Below, piece after piece: positions 5,700 to 12,654 of a stretch of 32,000 nt of DNA. The position numbers and the translations under genes are program-made. Source of the stretch: Candidatus Woesearchaeota archaeon (GTDB taxonomy: Archaea; Nanobdellota; Nanobdellia; Pacearchaeales; GW2011-AR1); NCBI GenBank assembly GCA_964497435.1, contig CAZCCD010000002.1, positions 1 to 32,000 of the forward strand, given 5' to 3'. The number at the start of each line of letters is the position of its first letter. The stretch's first letter is position 1. The notes under the pieces are model-generated. The model worked only from the letters and a program-made list of their open reading frames with translations. It had not been told where the DNA came from and made no database searches.

Positions 5700-6614
5700 A
5701 TGTCATCAAAAATCCTTGCGCAAGGCGCAGAAGCAAAAATTATTCTCTCAAATAATTTCGTAACAAAAGACAGAATAAAAAAATCCTATAGACTCCAAGA
5801 GCTTGATGAAAAGATACGAAAGCAAAGAACAAAGGCAGAAAAAAAACTTCTAGAAAAAGCATCCAAAGTGATTAATGTGCCAAAAATAATAACTGAAAAT
5901 AGCTCTGCTTCGCAGAAAATTAAGTTAACAATTAATAAAAAATCTGCGAACCCTAGTGAGCAGCTAAATAAAATTGAAATGGAGTATATTTCTGGTAAAA
6001 GATTATCCGATAATTTAGATAAGTTTTCTTTTCAAATTCAAAAACAAATCGCGAAATTGATCGGTCAAAACATATCCAAGCTCCACGATAATAACATAAT
6101 CCACGGAGATTTAACAACTAGCAATATGATTTTTGTAGAAGATTTGGATGTTAATAATTTAAGTAATACTCCAAACAGAAAAAATAACTTTAAATCAACT
6201 CATCAAAAATATACTGAGTTAACGTCTTCTCAGCGAAGAAATCTGGCAAAGCCGATTTCGAAGCAAAATCAATCAGCGAGCGACAGCGAGCCTAGTAGGG
6301 GTGGGCGAGAGTTTGCACGAGCCAAGTTTACATCAATCTTGAGTGCGGGCTCGAGTTGGTCGAGGAGTGGTGGTGGGAATAAATTTACCATATTCTTCAT
6401 AGACTTTGGCCTTGGCTTCATAAGCAACAAGCTAGAAGACAAGGCAGTTGATTTGCATTTATTAAAACAAGCTTTAGAAGCAAAACACTATAAACACTGT
6501 AAAGAATTGTGGAATTCAATTGAACAAGGATACAAAACATCTAAAGATTCTAAAGCTGTTCTCGAAAGATTAAAGGCTGTCGAAAGAAGGGGGAGATATA
6601 AGGAGAGGTATTAA
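5700..6614 (+). CDS. bud32: Bud32/PRPK (KEOPS) atypical protein kinase carrying two in-frame insertions
   Basis: Motifs ILAQGAEAKI, IEMEYISGK, HGDLTTSNM, FIDFGLG, EDKAVDLHL and ERRGRY. 304 aa against the roughly 200-220 aa usual for the family. Extra segments at about aa 68-89 and about aa 147-228. Confidence 0.85.
   Translation: MSSKILAQGAEAKIILSNNFVTKDRIKKSYRLQELDEKIRKQRTKAEKKLLEKASKVINVPKIITENSSASQKIKLTINKKSANPSEQLNKIEMEYISGKRLSDNLDKFSFQIQKQIAKLIGQNISKLHDNNIIHGDLTTSNMIFVEDLDVNNLSNTPNRKNNFKSTHQKYTELTSSQRRNLAKPISKQNQSASDSEPSRGGREFARAKFTSILSAGSSWSRSGGGNKFTIFFIDFGLGFISNKLEDKAVDLHLLKQALEAKHYKHCKELWNSIEQGYKTSKDSKAVLERLKAVERRGRYKERY
5902..5972 (+). repeat. Family-1 palindromic repeat copy inside the bud32 reading frame
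   Basis: Inverted arms ttcgcaga (5909-5916) and tctgcgaa (5943-5950). gttaacaattaa, aaatctgcgaac, agtgag and ctaaataa blocks are collinear with 28492-28537. Confidence 0.6.
6231..6383 (+). repeat. Family-2 GC-enriched repeat segment inside the bud32 reading frame
   Basis: cgagagtttgcacgag (6306-6321) vs cgagagtttacacgag (3367-3382). gagtgcgggctc (6341-6352) vs gagtgtgggctc (3396-3407). gatttcgaagcaa (6254-6266) vs catcgaaggcaa (3355-3366). Blocks occur in the same order in both loci. Confidence 0.55.
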
Positions 6615-6649
6615 CCAGAGAAAATCATAATTTATTAATTTTTATGTAA

Positions 6650-6663
6650 AAATAGCCCCTCCA
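6650..6663 (-). repeat. 14-nt direct repeat copying the 3' end of tRNA-Gln
   Basis: aaatagcccctcca at 6650-6663 equals 6775-6788, which is the last 11 nt of the tRNA plus 3 flanking nt. Confidence 0.7.
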
Positions 6664-6699
6664 ACTCCCAACCCCACTTTGTTAATAATAATTAGAAAG

Positions 6700-6765
6700 T
6701 CAAAGTGAAATTGCTCGGGATTCGAAAGTAAAATTGTTTCTGTGTTACGCGAACCAGTTATGGCT
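6700..6765 (+). repeat. Scrambled copy of the GC-enriched repeat family between the tRNA-end duplicates
   Basis: caaagtgaaattgct, gggattcgaaagtaaaa and gcgaacc resemble blocks at 1757-1772, 6254-6267 and 5946-5952. Confidence 0.4.
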
Positions 6766-6777
6766 TTCAACCATAAA

Positions 6778-6850
6778 TAGCCCCTCCAGGATTCGAACCT
6801 GGGTCGCAAGGACCAAAACCTTGCATACTTGACCGCTGTACTAAGGGGCT
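6778..6850 (-). tRNA. tRNA-Gln (anticodon UUG), 73 nt, no encoded CCA
   Basis: Folded by hand. 7-bp acceptor AGCCCCT/AGGGGCT, D stem GTAC/GTAT with GG in the loop, anticodon stem CAAGG/CCTTG with loop TTTTGGT, T arm CCAGG-TTCGAAT-CCTGG, discriminator A. Confidence 0.9.
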
Positions 6851-7203
6851 ATAAAAAGAAAACTTATAATTAATTTATAAGGGTTTTGTTGCGGTAAAAC
6901 CTGCCACAGGATTGCAATTAAGAGAATTATCCACGGAAAAGCATAATCCACAATATTGGCTACAATCTTTTTATTAATGTTAAACCCCCAGTATTCTAAT
7001 ATAAAACCATACATTGTTTCCTCCCTCTTTTTAGATCTAAATTGCTTTATAGTCAAAATACAATTACCAAATATAATCAGTTGCAAGTAATATAAAAGAA
7101 TAAAGACCAAAATAACCTTCCAACTCAACCAAAAAGGAGAACTCCAAATCAAAAGAACGATTAACAAATGTATCCCAAAATAAACCTCCCATTCACGTTT
7201 CAT
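6841..7203 (-). CDS. Small polytopic membrane protein, unknown function
   Basis: 120 aa with about 4 hydrophobic helices. The last codons (..FIAP*) overlap the 5' 10 nt of tRNA-Gln. 5-nt gap to the upstream ParA/MinD gene. Confidence 0.5.
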   Translation of the reverse strand: MKREWEVYFGIHLLIVLLIWSSPFWLSWKVILVFILLYYLQLIIFGNCILTIKQFRSKKREETMYGFILEYWGFNINKKIVANIVDYAFPWIILLIAILWQVLPQQNPYKLIISFLFIAP

Positions 7204-7208
7204 TTCTT

Positions 7209-8003
7209 TCAGCCAAAAACCTCATCTCTATAAATCTGTCTATTAATTTCTTCTTTCTTAGGATTCATCCACCCAAAAAATTTCATAAACTTTCCAGTGT
7301 TGTATTTTTCTCCAAGAATTGTTGCTGCTAATTTTTTGTATTCCTGACTGCCTTTTGACTTTGGTTTATGAGAAACTGAAGTTTTAAATTCAGACAAAGC
7401 TTTAAGAACATTTGTGTCATAAGGAATTACTGCCATTACAGGAACACCAACAACATCTTCTATTTCTTTAATACTAATCTCAAAATTCTTATTATGGACC
7501 TTATTTAATATCAAACCAATTATGGGGGTACCTCTCTGTCTTGCAGTTCTGACAGCCCTCATTGTATTGCTTAATGTTGGATGATCTGGTGTAGTAACAA
7601 TTATTATCTCATCAGAAGCCAACATAACCCCAAGAGTCTCTTCATTTAAAGCTGGAGATGAATCTAATATTATTACATCATATTTATTTTTTAAAGCAGA
7701 AATCCTATCCTTTAGCTTCAAGGGGCTGCTAATAGCCTTCTCAAACAATGATGAAGGCATGATATCAAATCTTCCAACATTGTGCACAGCATCACTTGGC
7801 TTAGCCCTCCTATCTAGGACATGATGAAGACTTACATCAGGATCAATAATGTTAAAATGCAATCCGAGATTCGGAGCAGACATATTTCCGTCTATTAAAA
7901 GAACCTTTCTTCCAAAACTCGCCAAGGCATCTCCTAAGGCAGCTGTAATAGAAGTTTTTCCAACACCTCCCTTCAATGAAACTATTCCTATGGTTTTCCC
8001 CAT
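7209..8003 (-). CDS. ParA/MinD-family P-loop ATPase
   Basis: Deviant Walker A SLKGGVGKTS, DGNMSAPN and ILDSSPA motifs. 264 aa. A/T box at 8023-8032 about 25 nt upstream. Confidence 0.85.
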   Translation of the reverse strand: MGKTIGIVSLKGGVGKTSITAALGDALASFGRKVLLIDGNMSAPNLGLHFNIIDPDVSLHHVLDRRAKPSDAVHNVGRFDIMPSSLFEKAISSPLKLKDRISALKNKYDVIILDSSPALNEETLGVMLASDEIIIVTTPDHPTLSNTMRAVRTARQRGTPIIGLILNKVHNKNFEISIKEIEDVVGVPVMAVIPYDTNVLKALSEFKTSVSHKPKSKGSQEYKKLAATILGEKYNTGKFMKFFGWMNPKKEEINRQIYRDEVFG

Positions 8004-8105
8004 AACTAATAGAGTGAATTTTAATTTAAATACCTTTTTCTAAAGAAAAAACATAAAAAACCTATAGCAAACTTTAAAAAAGCATTTTAAGTTTTAAAGT
8101 ATAAA

Positions 8106-8135
8106 GGCTTCTTTCAGAGGCAAAGAAAAGAAGCC
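8106..8135 (+). promoter_or_regulatory. 9-bp hairpin in the rps15 leader
   Basis: ggcttcttt (8106-8114) pairs with aaagaagcc (8127-8135), leaving a 12-nt loop. It lies just upstream of the conserved 19-mer. Confidence 0.35.
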
Positions 8136-8147
8136 ATTTAAGGGGTA

Positions 8148-8166
8148 AAAAACCGTAGGTTTTTAA
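8148..8166 (+). promoter_or_regulatory. Conserved 19-nt hairpin motif AAAAACCGTAGGTTTTTAA, 1 nt upstream of the rps15 ATG
   Basis: Identical to 3471-3489. Confidence 0.6.
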
Positions 8167-8167
8167 T

Positions 8168-8521
8168 ATGATGCCAAAAATTAAGAAACCAAAAAATCAA
8201 GTAAAACAAAAAATCTCCCAGGAAGAGTTTGAATCAAAAGTAGTTGAGCTGTCAAAGTCAGGTTTAACAAGTGAAAAAATAGGCGAGGTGTTAAGAAAAG
8301 ACGGAATCCATTCAAAAGAATTTCAAAAAAAAATATCCCAAATTCTTAAGGAAAAGGATTTTTATGTTAATCCTGATATAAAAAATGTAGAACTAAAACT
8401 AACAAGGATTGAGAAGCATTCCAAAATTCATAAAAAAGACAGGAGAGCTATGAGGGAAAGAGAAAGGGTTTTCGCACAATTAAGAAAACTAAGAGAATAC
8501 TTTAATATAAAAAAGGTCTAA
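8168..8521 (+). CDS. rps15: 30S ribosomal protein S15 (uS15, S13e-type), N-terminally short
   Basis: Matches the archaeal S15 pattern: ..EEFESKVVELSKSGLTSEKIGEVLRKDGI.. then ..KHSKIHKKDRRAMRERERVFAQLRKLREYF. Confidence 0.8.
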   Translation: MMPKIKKPKNQVKQKISQEEFESKVVELSKSGLTSEKIGEVLRKDGIHSKEFQKKISQILKEKDFYVNPDIKNVELKLTRIEKHSKIHKKDRRAMRERERVFAQLRKLREYFNIKKV

Positions 8522-8527
8522 TCAAAA

Positions 8528-9865
8528 ATGGGTGAAATAAAGAATTCTTTAGAAGAGCAAATAAAAGATATAGCTAAAAAATTCCTTGAAAAAAGTTTGG
8601 AAAAAGAAATCCAAGTTGTAAGCCATTTCGACACTGATGGGATAAGTTCTGCGGCAATCATGGTTCAGGCATTGAAAAAACTGGACAAAAAATTCAACCT
8701 AAAAATAGTAAAAAGCCTTGAAGAACAAACAATTTACGATCTTAAAAAAAGCAAAATAACCTTTTTTTTAGATCTGGCATCGGGCAGTTTAAAACACATT
8801 GAAGAATCTAATTTAAAAGAAGTTTTCATCATAGATCATCATGAATTAATATCCAAAGTGCCTGACAAAGTAGAGATAATAAATCCACAGCTTCATTCAA
8901 AAGAAAAGTTAAGCAGCTCCAGCCTAACTTACTTATTTTGCAAAGAGTTGGATGAAGGAAATAAAGAATTCGCAAAGCTTGCAGTATTGGGAATGGTCGG
9001 AGATATAATGGAAAAGGAAATAGACAAATTCAACAGCCATATAATAGAAGACGGAAATGTAAAAAGAAAAAGAGGGTTGTTAATCTACCCCTCAACAAGG
9101 CCATTAAATAGAACTCTAGAATTCTCTTCGAGTCCATATATTCCTGGAATAACAGGAAACACTCAAGGGGTTATAGAATTATTAAGAGAAACAGGATTGT
9201 CTCCAAAAGACAGTAAATACAAAAGCATCATTGACTTAAATAAAGAAGAAATGGAAAAATTAGTAACTTCAATAATGTTAAAGAACCCTCAATGTAGACA
9301 TGATGAATTAATAGGAGACATCTTTCTTATAAAAATGTTTAACAAACTAGAAGATGCTCGTGAAATTTCTGCAATTGTAAATGCTTGTTCAAGGTTTGGA
9401 GACACAAATACTTCTTTGCAATTTCTTATGGAAATACCTTCTTCTAAAAAAATGGCAGAAGCAATACACATAAAGTATAAACAGTTATTAATATCCGGCC
9501 TTGACTTAATTTCAAAGATAGAAAAAATAAAAGGAAATGGCTTTATAATAATAAATGCAAAAAATAAAATAAAAGACACAATGATAGGAACAATTGCGAG
9601 CATACTTCAAAATTCTGGGATATACGAACAAGGAACAATAATCATAATAATGGCCTGTTACGACGATAAAATAAAAATTTCAGCAAGAACAGTTGGAAGA
9701 ATAGGCAGAAATGTCCGTGAATTACTTTCTAACGCTATAGAAAAAGTGGGCGGTGAAGTAGGCGGCCATGAGTTTGCTGCAGGATGCATAATCAGTAAAG
9801 AAAAAGAAAACCAATTTATAGAAGTCCTTAAAAAAAATCTTGAGATTGAGTTAGTTAGGGTCTGA
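8528..9865 (+). CDS. DHH/DHHA1 phosphoesterase, archaeal RecJ/GAN-like nuclease
   Basis: Motifs HFDTDGISS, IIDHH and GGHEFAAG. 445 aa. Confidence 0.8.
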   Translation: MGEIKNSLEEQIKDIAKKFLEKSLEKEIQVVSHFDTDGISSAAIMVQALKKLDKKFNLKIVKSLEEQTIYDLKKSKITFFLDLASGSLKHIEESNLKEVFIIDHHELISKVPDKVEIINPQLHSKEKLSSSSLTYLFCKELDEGNKEFAKLAVLGMVGDIMEKEIDKFNSHIIEDGNVKRKRGLLIYPSTRPLNRTLEFSSSPYIPGITGNTQGVIELLRETGLSPKDSKYKSIIDLNKEEMEKLVTSIMLKNPQCRHDELIGDIFLIKMFNKLEDAREISAIVNACSRFGDTNTSLQFLMEIPSSKKMAEAIHIKYKQLLISGLDLISKIEKIKGNGFIIINAKNKIKDTMIGTIASILQNSGIYEQGTIIIIMACYDDKIKISARTVGRIGRNVRELLSNAIEKVGGEVGGHEFAAGCIISKEKENQFIEVLKKNLEIELVRV

Positions 9866-9874
9866 AAAGATTAT

Positions 9875-10192
9875 TTATCTAATCTTACCAAGATAAGTCA
9901 GAGTAATTAAATCAGGATCAACATAATCTACATTAAACCTTATAGTATAAAATAAAATTTCTTTCTTATCAGAGGAGTAATAGGTATTAACAGCAGTGCT
10001 GAAGACAGAAGATAAAATAAATCTTCCTTCATTTTCAGTCATCCCATTATATTTAATTACAACATAGTCCTCGGAGGCAAATGCAAAAAACTTCTTCGGT
10101 TTAGGAGTAAGATTTATCGTTCCAATTTCGCCCACCTTAATAGTAGCAGATCTTTTATCATGAGAAGCATAATTTAGAACAGCTATTAGCAA
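9875..10192 (-). CDS. Hypothetical small beta-rich protein; the N-terminal signal peptide appears to sit in a different frame
   Basis: ORF starts at TTG right after a TAG. An ATG at 10235 in a different reading frame encodes MKRTLAATLITSLLVANSC.., which looks like a signal peptide. Confidence 0.4.
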   Translation of the reverse strand: MLIAVLNYASHDKRSATIKVGEIGTINLTPKPKKFFAFASEDYVVIKYNGMTENEGRFILSSVFSTAVNTYYSSDKKEILFYTIRFNVDYVDPDLITLTYLGKIR

Positions 10193-10287
10193 CTAATAAA
10201 GAAGTTATTAAAGTAGCCGCCAATGTTCTTTTCATAACCTATCAACTATAATTTAGTTTTTAACCATTTCTACCATTCATCACAACC

Positions 10288-10294
10288 TTTAAAA
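10288..10294 (+). promoter_or_regulatory. TATA-like box for aIF2-alpha
   Basis: TTTAAAA centred 26 nt upstream of the ATG at 10317. Confidence 0.35.
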
Positions 10295-10316
10295 CCCCTT
10301 TATTTCTCTCTAAATC

Positions 10317-11024
10317 ATGACAGAATTAGAAGTCGGCGATGTTGTAATGTGTACTGTAGAAAGAATAGTCGGAACAACTGTCTTCGTGAAAATAGATGGA
10401 AATGGCGAAGGTTCAATCATATTAAGTGAAATAGCCCCTGGAAGAATTAGAAATTTAAGAGATTATGTTGTGCCAAAAAAAGTCATAATATGCAAAGTCT
10501 TAAGAATCTCAGGAGACAGAATAGACCTATCCCTAAGAAGAGTGACTCCAAAAGAACAGAAAGAAATAAGAGAGAGATATAAACTTGAAAAAAGTTACAA
10601 TAGCATTTTCAAAACAGTCCTTGGTGAAAAATCAGATGAAATTATAGATAAAATAAGAAAAGAATCGTCGTTGTATGATTTCGTAGAAGAATCAAAAGAA
10701 AACCCAATTATATTGGAAAATTTAATAGAAAAAGATAAAGCAAAAAAAATATTAGAGATATTAAAAACTCAAAAACAAAAAAGAGTCGTTATAAAAAAAG
10801 AATTCAGTATGACTAGTATAAAACCAAATGGCATTAAATTAATAAAGGAAATTTTAACAAAAGAAAAAAATGTTCAGATTAATTATGTTGGTGCAGGCAG
10901 GTATACTATTAAAACAGAGGCTATTGACCCTAAAAAAGCAGACAATTTGCTCACCGAAACTCTAAAAAGCATGGAAAAAGATGCTAAGAAACTCGGCCTG
11001 GAATTCGGTATTAAAGAAAAGTAG
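10317..11024 (+). CDS. eif2a: Translation initiation factor aIF2 alpha subunit
   Basis: S1 domain with IRNLRDYV and IDLSLRRVT. Also KPNGIKLIKEIL and YVGAGRYTIKT, as in archaeal aIF2-alpha. Confidence 0.85.
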   Translation: MTELEVGDVVMCTVERIVGTTVFVKIDGNGEGSIILSEIAPGRIRNLRDYVVPKKVIICKVLRISGDRIDLSLRRVTPKEQKEIRERYKLEKSYNSIFKTVLGEKSDEIIDKIRKESSLYDFVEESKENPIILENLIEKDKAKKILEILKTQKQKRVVIKKEFSMTSIKPNGIKLIKEILTKEKNVQINYVGAGRYTIKTEAIDPKKADNLLTETLKSMEKDAKKLGLEFGIKEK

Positions 11025-11059
11025 TTCTTAAAAATTAACAATATTTAAGAAGGGAAAAT

Positions 11060-11067
11060 TTTATAAA
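11060..11067 (+). promoter_or_regulatory. TATA-like box for CDS 11089..11970
   Basis: TTTATAAA centred about 26 nt upstream of the ATG at 11089. It favours this ATG over the GTG at 11071. Confidence 0.4.
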
Positions 11068-11088
11068 TAGGTGATTTATGGTTTTTTT

Positions 11089-11970
11089 ATGGGAGAAAGT
11101 AAAAACAACATACATACCTCAAGAGTTCCTTATTTCCATTTTAGACAAGGAATAAATTTGTGCGGTCCAACCAAATTACAAATAGTTCTTTATGGAAGAG
11201 GTGCCCTATATGATCAAGAAGAACTTGCTGCATACATGGGAGTTTATGTAAGCATAGATCATAAAAATTCATATTCTCCAGTTCTTAGACATAGAGCTCT
11301 TCCAAAAGTAGATAAAATTGATCCAAGAACCGGAGAAGTTGTAAAAGATTTAGGTGGAAATCCTGTAAAAGTTGATGATGCAAGAGTGGGCTTTAGTATT
11401 TGCAGATGGGAAAATAAAAGAGTTCAAGAGAAAATTAGATATTTAGGATTAGAGGTATCGGTACATCGTCCAAGCGATTTAGGTTTAACTAGGTTAGTAA
11501 AAGATCCTAGTGAATACACGGAAGAGGAATTAAGAATAGCTTCAGAATTCATTGGTCCGGAAAATCTAGACCGAGGAAATGATGTGGGAATGAACTATAG
11601 ATGGGACAAATTCAGAGGAACAGAAGATGGACACTATGTTTTAATTTCTTCTTTCAATGAAAAAAATTATTTAGTAACTGTTACAGATCCTTCGCCAACA
11701 AACCCCCCTAATTGGAGTGAGAATCTAAGAAAGTTTTTATTCGGCATGCAGCCAGTATTTAGAGAAGATGATAATAAGCAAAGAGAAAGAGGATTTTTGG
11801 TATTTAAAGGACCTAGAAAATTAAAAACCTATGATTTATCAGAATTATTAAATACATCTGGAGAAGCTCCAAAATATATTCCAGTAGCCTATGAGATGAA
11901 GCCAAAGGACATAGATCCTGAAAAATTTCCTAAACCAATTATGCCTGAAGAAAGGATGATTAAATCTTAA
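11089..11970 (+). CDS. Hypothetical protein with papain-like (C39-like) cysteine peptidase signature
   Basis: Q-x4-CGP (RQGINLCGPTKLQIVLYG) followed later by DGHYVLISSF and VTDP: a Cys/His/Asp arrangement typical of C39-like folds. GC content looks higher than neighbouring genes. Confidence 0.4.
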   Translation: MGESKNNIHTSRVPYFHFRQGINLCGPTKLQIVLYGRGALYDQEELAAYMGVYVSIDHKNSYSPVLRHRALPKVDKIDPRTGEVVKDLGGNPVKVDDARVGFSICRWENKRVQEKIRYLGLEVSVHRPSDLGLTRLVKDPSEYTEEELRIASEFIGPENLDRGNDVGMNYRWDKFRGTEDGHYVLISSFNEKNYLVTVTDPSPTNPPNWSENLRKFLFGMQPVFREDDNKQRERGFLVFKGPRKLKTYDLSELLNTSGEAPKYIPVAYEMKPKDIDPEKFPKPIMPEERMIKS

Positions 11971-12097
11971 TGCTTATTTTTCCTAAAAATTTCTCCATTA
12001 TCGAGAGGTAAATTTCATTTGAAAATCTTAACAATAGTTAATATAAAGATTAGGATAAAAACGCAAAACTTAAATACTATTTTTTGGATTGAATTAT

Positions 12098-12523
12098 ATG
12101 GCAAACAAGATGAGAATAAATGACGAATTCAACGTAATTCTTCTGGCTGTTATTTTTGATCCTGCAAAAAGAAAAATCCTAATAGGAAGGCAGGATGGCG
12201 ACCCGAAACTAGGTAAAAAATTCACGTGGGGTTTTCCTGGGGCTTACCTAAAACATGGTGATGATATTGACAAAGTCCTAAAAGCAGATATTAAACTCAA
12301 AACAGGATATGATATAAAAAATCTCGGGACAATCTTCTCAAAAGTCTATCCTGAAAATAAAAAGTTTTTTGCAGTATATTTCTTATGTGAAGTTTTCAGA
12401 GGGAAAATGTCTCCTGGAGGTTTCTTCAAAGAATTAGAGTGGGTCAGCCCAGAAGAACTAGAAAATTTGTTCACAACTTCCTTCCATCCAAGGTTGAGAG
12501 AGTATATATTAAATCTAAAGTAA
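12098..12523 (+). CDS. Nudix-fold protein with a degenerate Nudix box
   Basis: WGFPGAYLKHGDDIDKVLKADIKLKTGY occupies the place of GX5EX7REUXEEXGU, but the Glu residues are replaced. The start at 12098 fits an A/T box at about 12070-12085. Confidence 0.5.
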   Translation: MANKMRINDEFNVILLAVIFDPAKRKILIGRQDGDPKLGKKFTWGFPGAYLKHGDDIDKVLKADIKLKTGYDIKNLGTIFSKVYPENKKFFAVYFLCEVFRGKMSPGGFFKELEWVSPEELENLFTTSFHPRLREYILNLK

Positions 12524-12525
12524 AA

Positions 12526-12645
12526 ATGAAGCTAAGAAAATGTTCTGCTTGCAATATTTACACTCTTAAATCTCTTTGCCCTAAATGCAATAAAGAAACA
12601 AAATCAGCACATTATAAGTTTATTAAAATGAAAAAACCTATTTAA
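12526..12645 (+). CDS. nop10: H/ACA RNP protein Nop10, short 39-aa form
   Basis: MKLRKCSACNIYTLKSLCPKCNKETKSAH: zinc ribbon CxxC..CxxC and the YTL motif. The ATG lies 2 nt after the Nudix stop. Confidence 0.7.
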   Translation: MKLRKCSACNIYTLKSLCPKCNKETKSAHYKFIKMKKPI

Positions 12646-12654
12646 GAATAAAAA

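Noticed and set aside
5635-5736. Longer N-terminal extensions given by the ORF track (5736, 11071, 12089, 16516, 23865, 26921, 30801)
   Set aside because: The extensions overlap neighbouring genes or promoter boxes, several start at non-ATG codons, and they would bury the signal peptides. Internal ATGs sit at the recurrent ~26-nt distance from an A/T box.
6651-6777. A second, split or intron-containing tRNA next to tRNA-Gln, suggested by the acceptor-end copy and a ttcgaatcc T-loop-like string
   Set aside because: No cloverleaf can be drawn: there is no 5' acceptor strand and no D or anticodon arm, and the T-loop-like string lacks a 5' stem partner. It is interpreted as duplicated fragments instead.
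12439-12525. 68-aa ORF overlapping the end of the Nudix gene
   Set aside because: Only the last 39 codons, from the ATG at 12526, match Nop10. The upstream part is simply an alternative frame of the Nudix 3' end.
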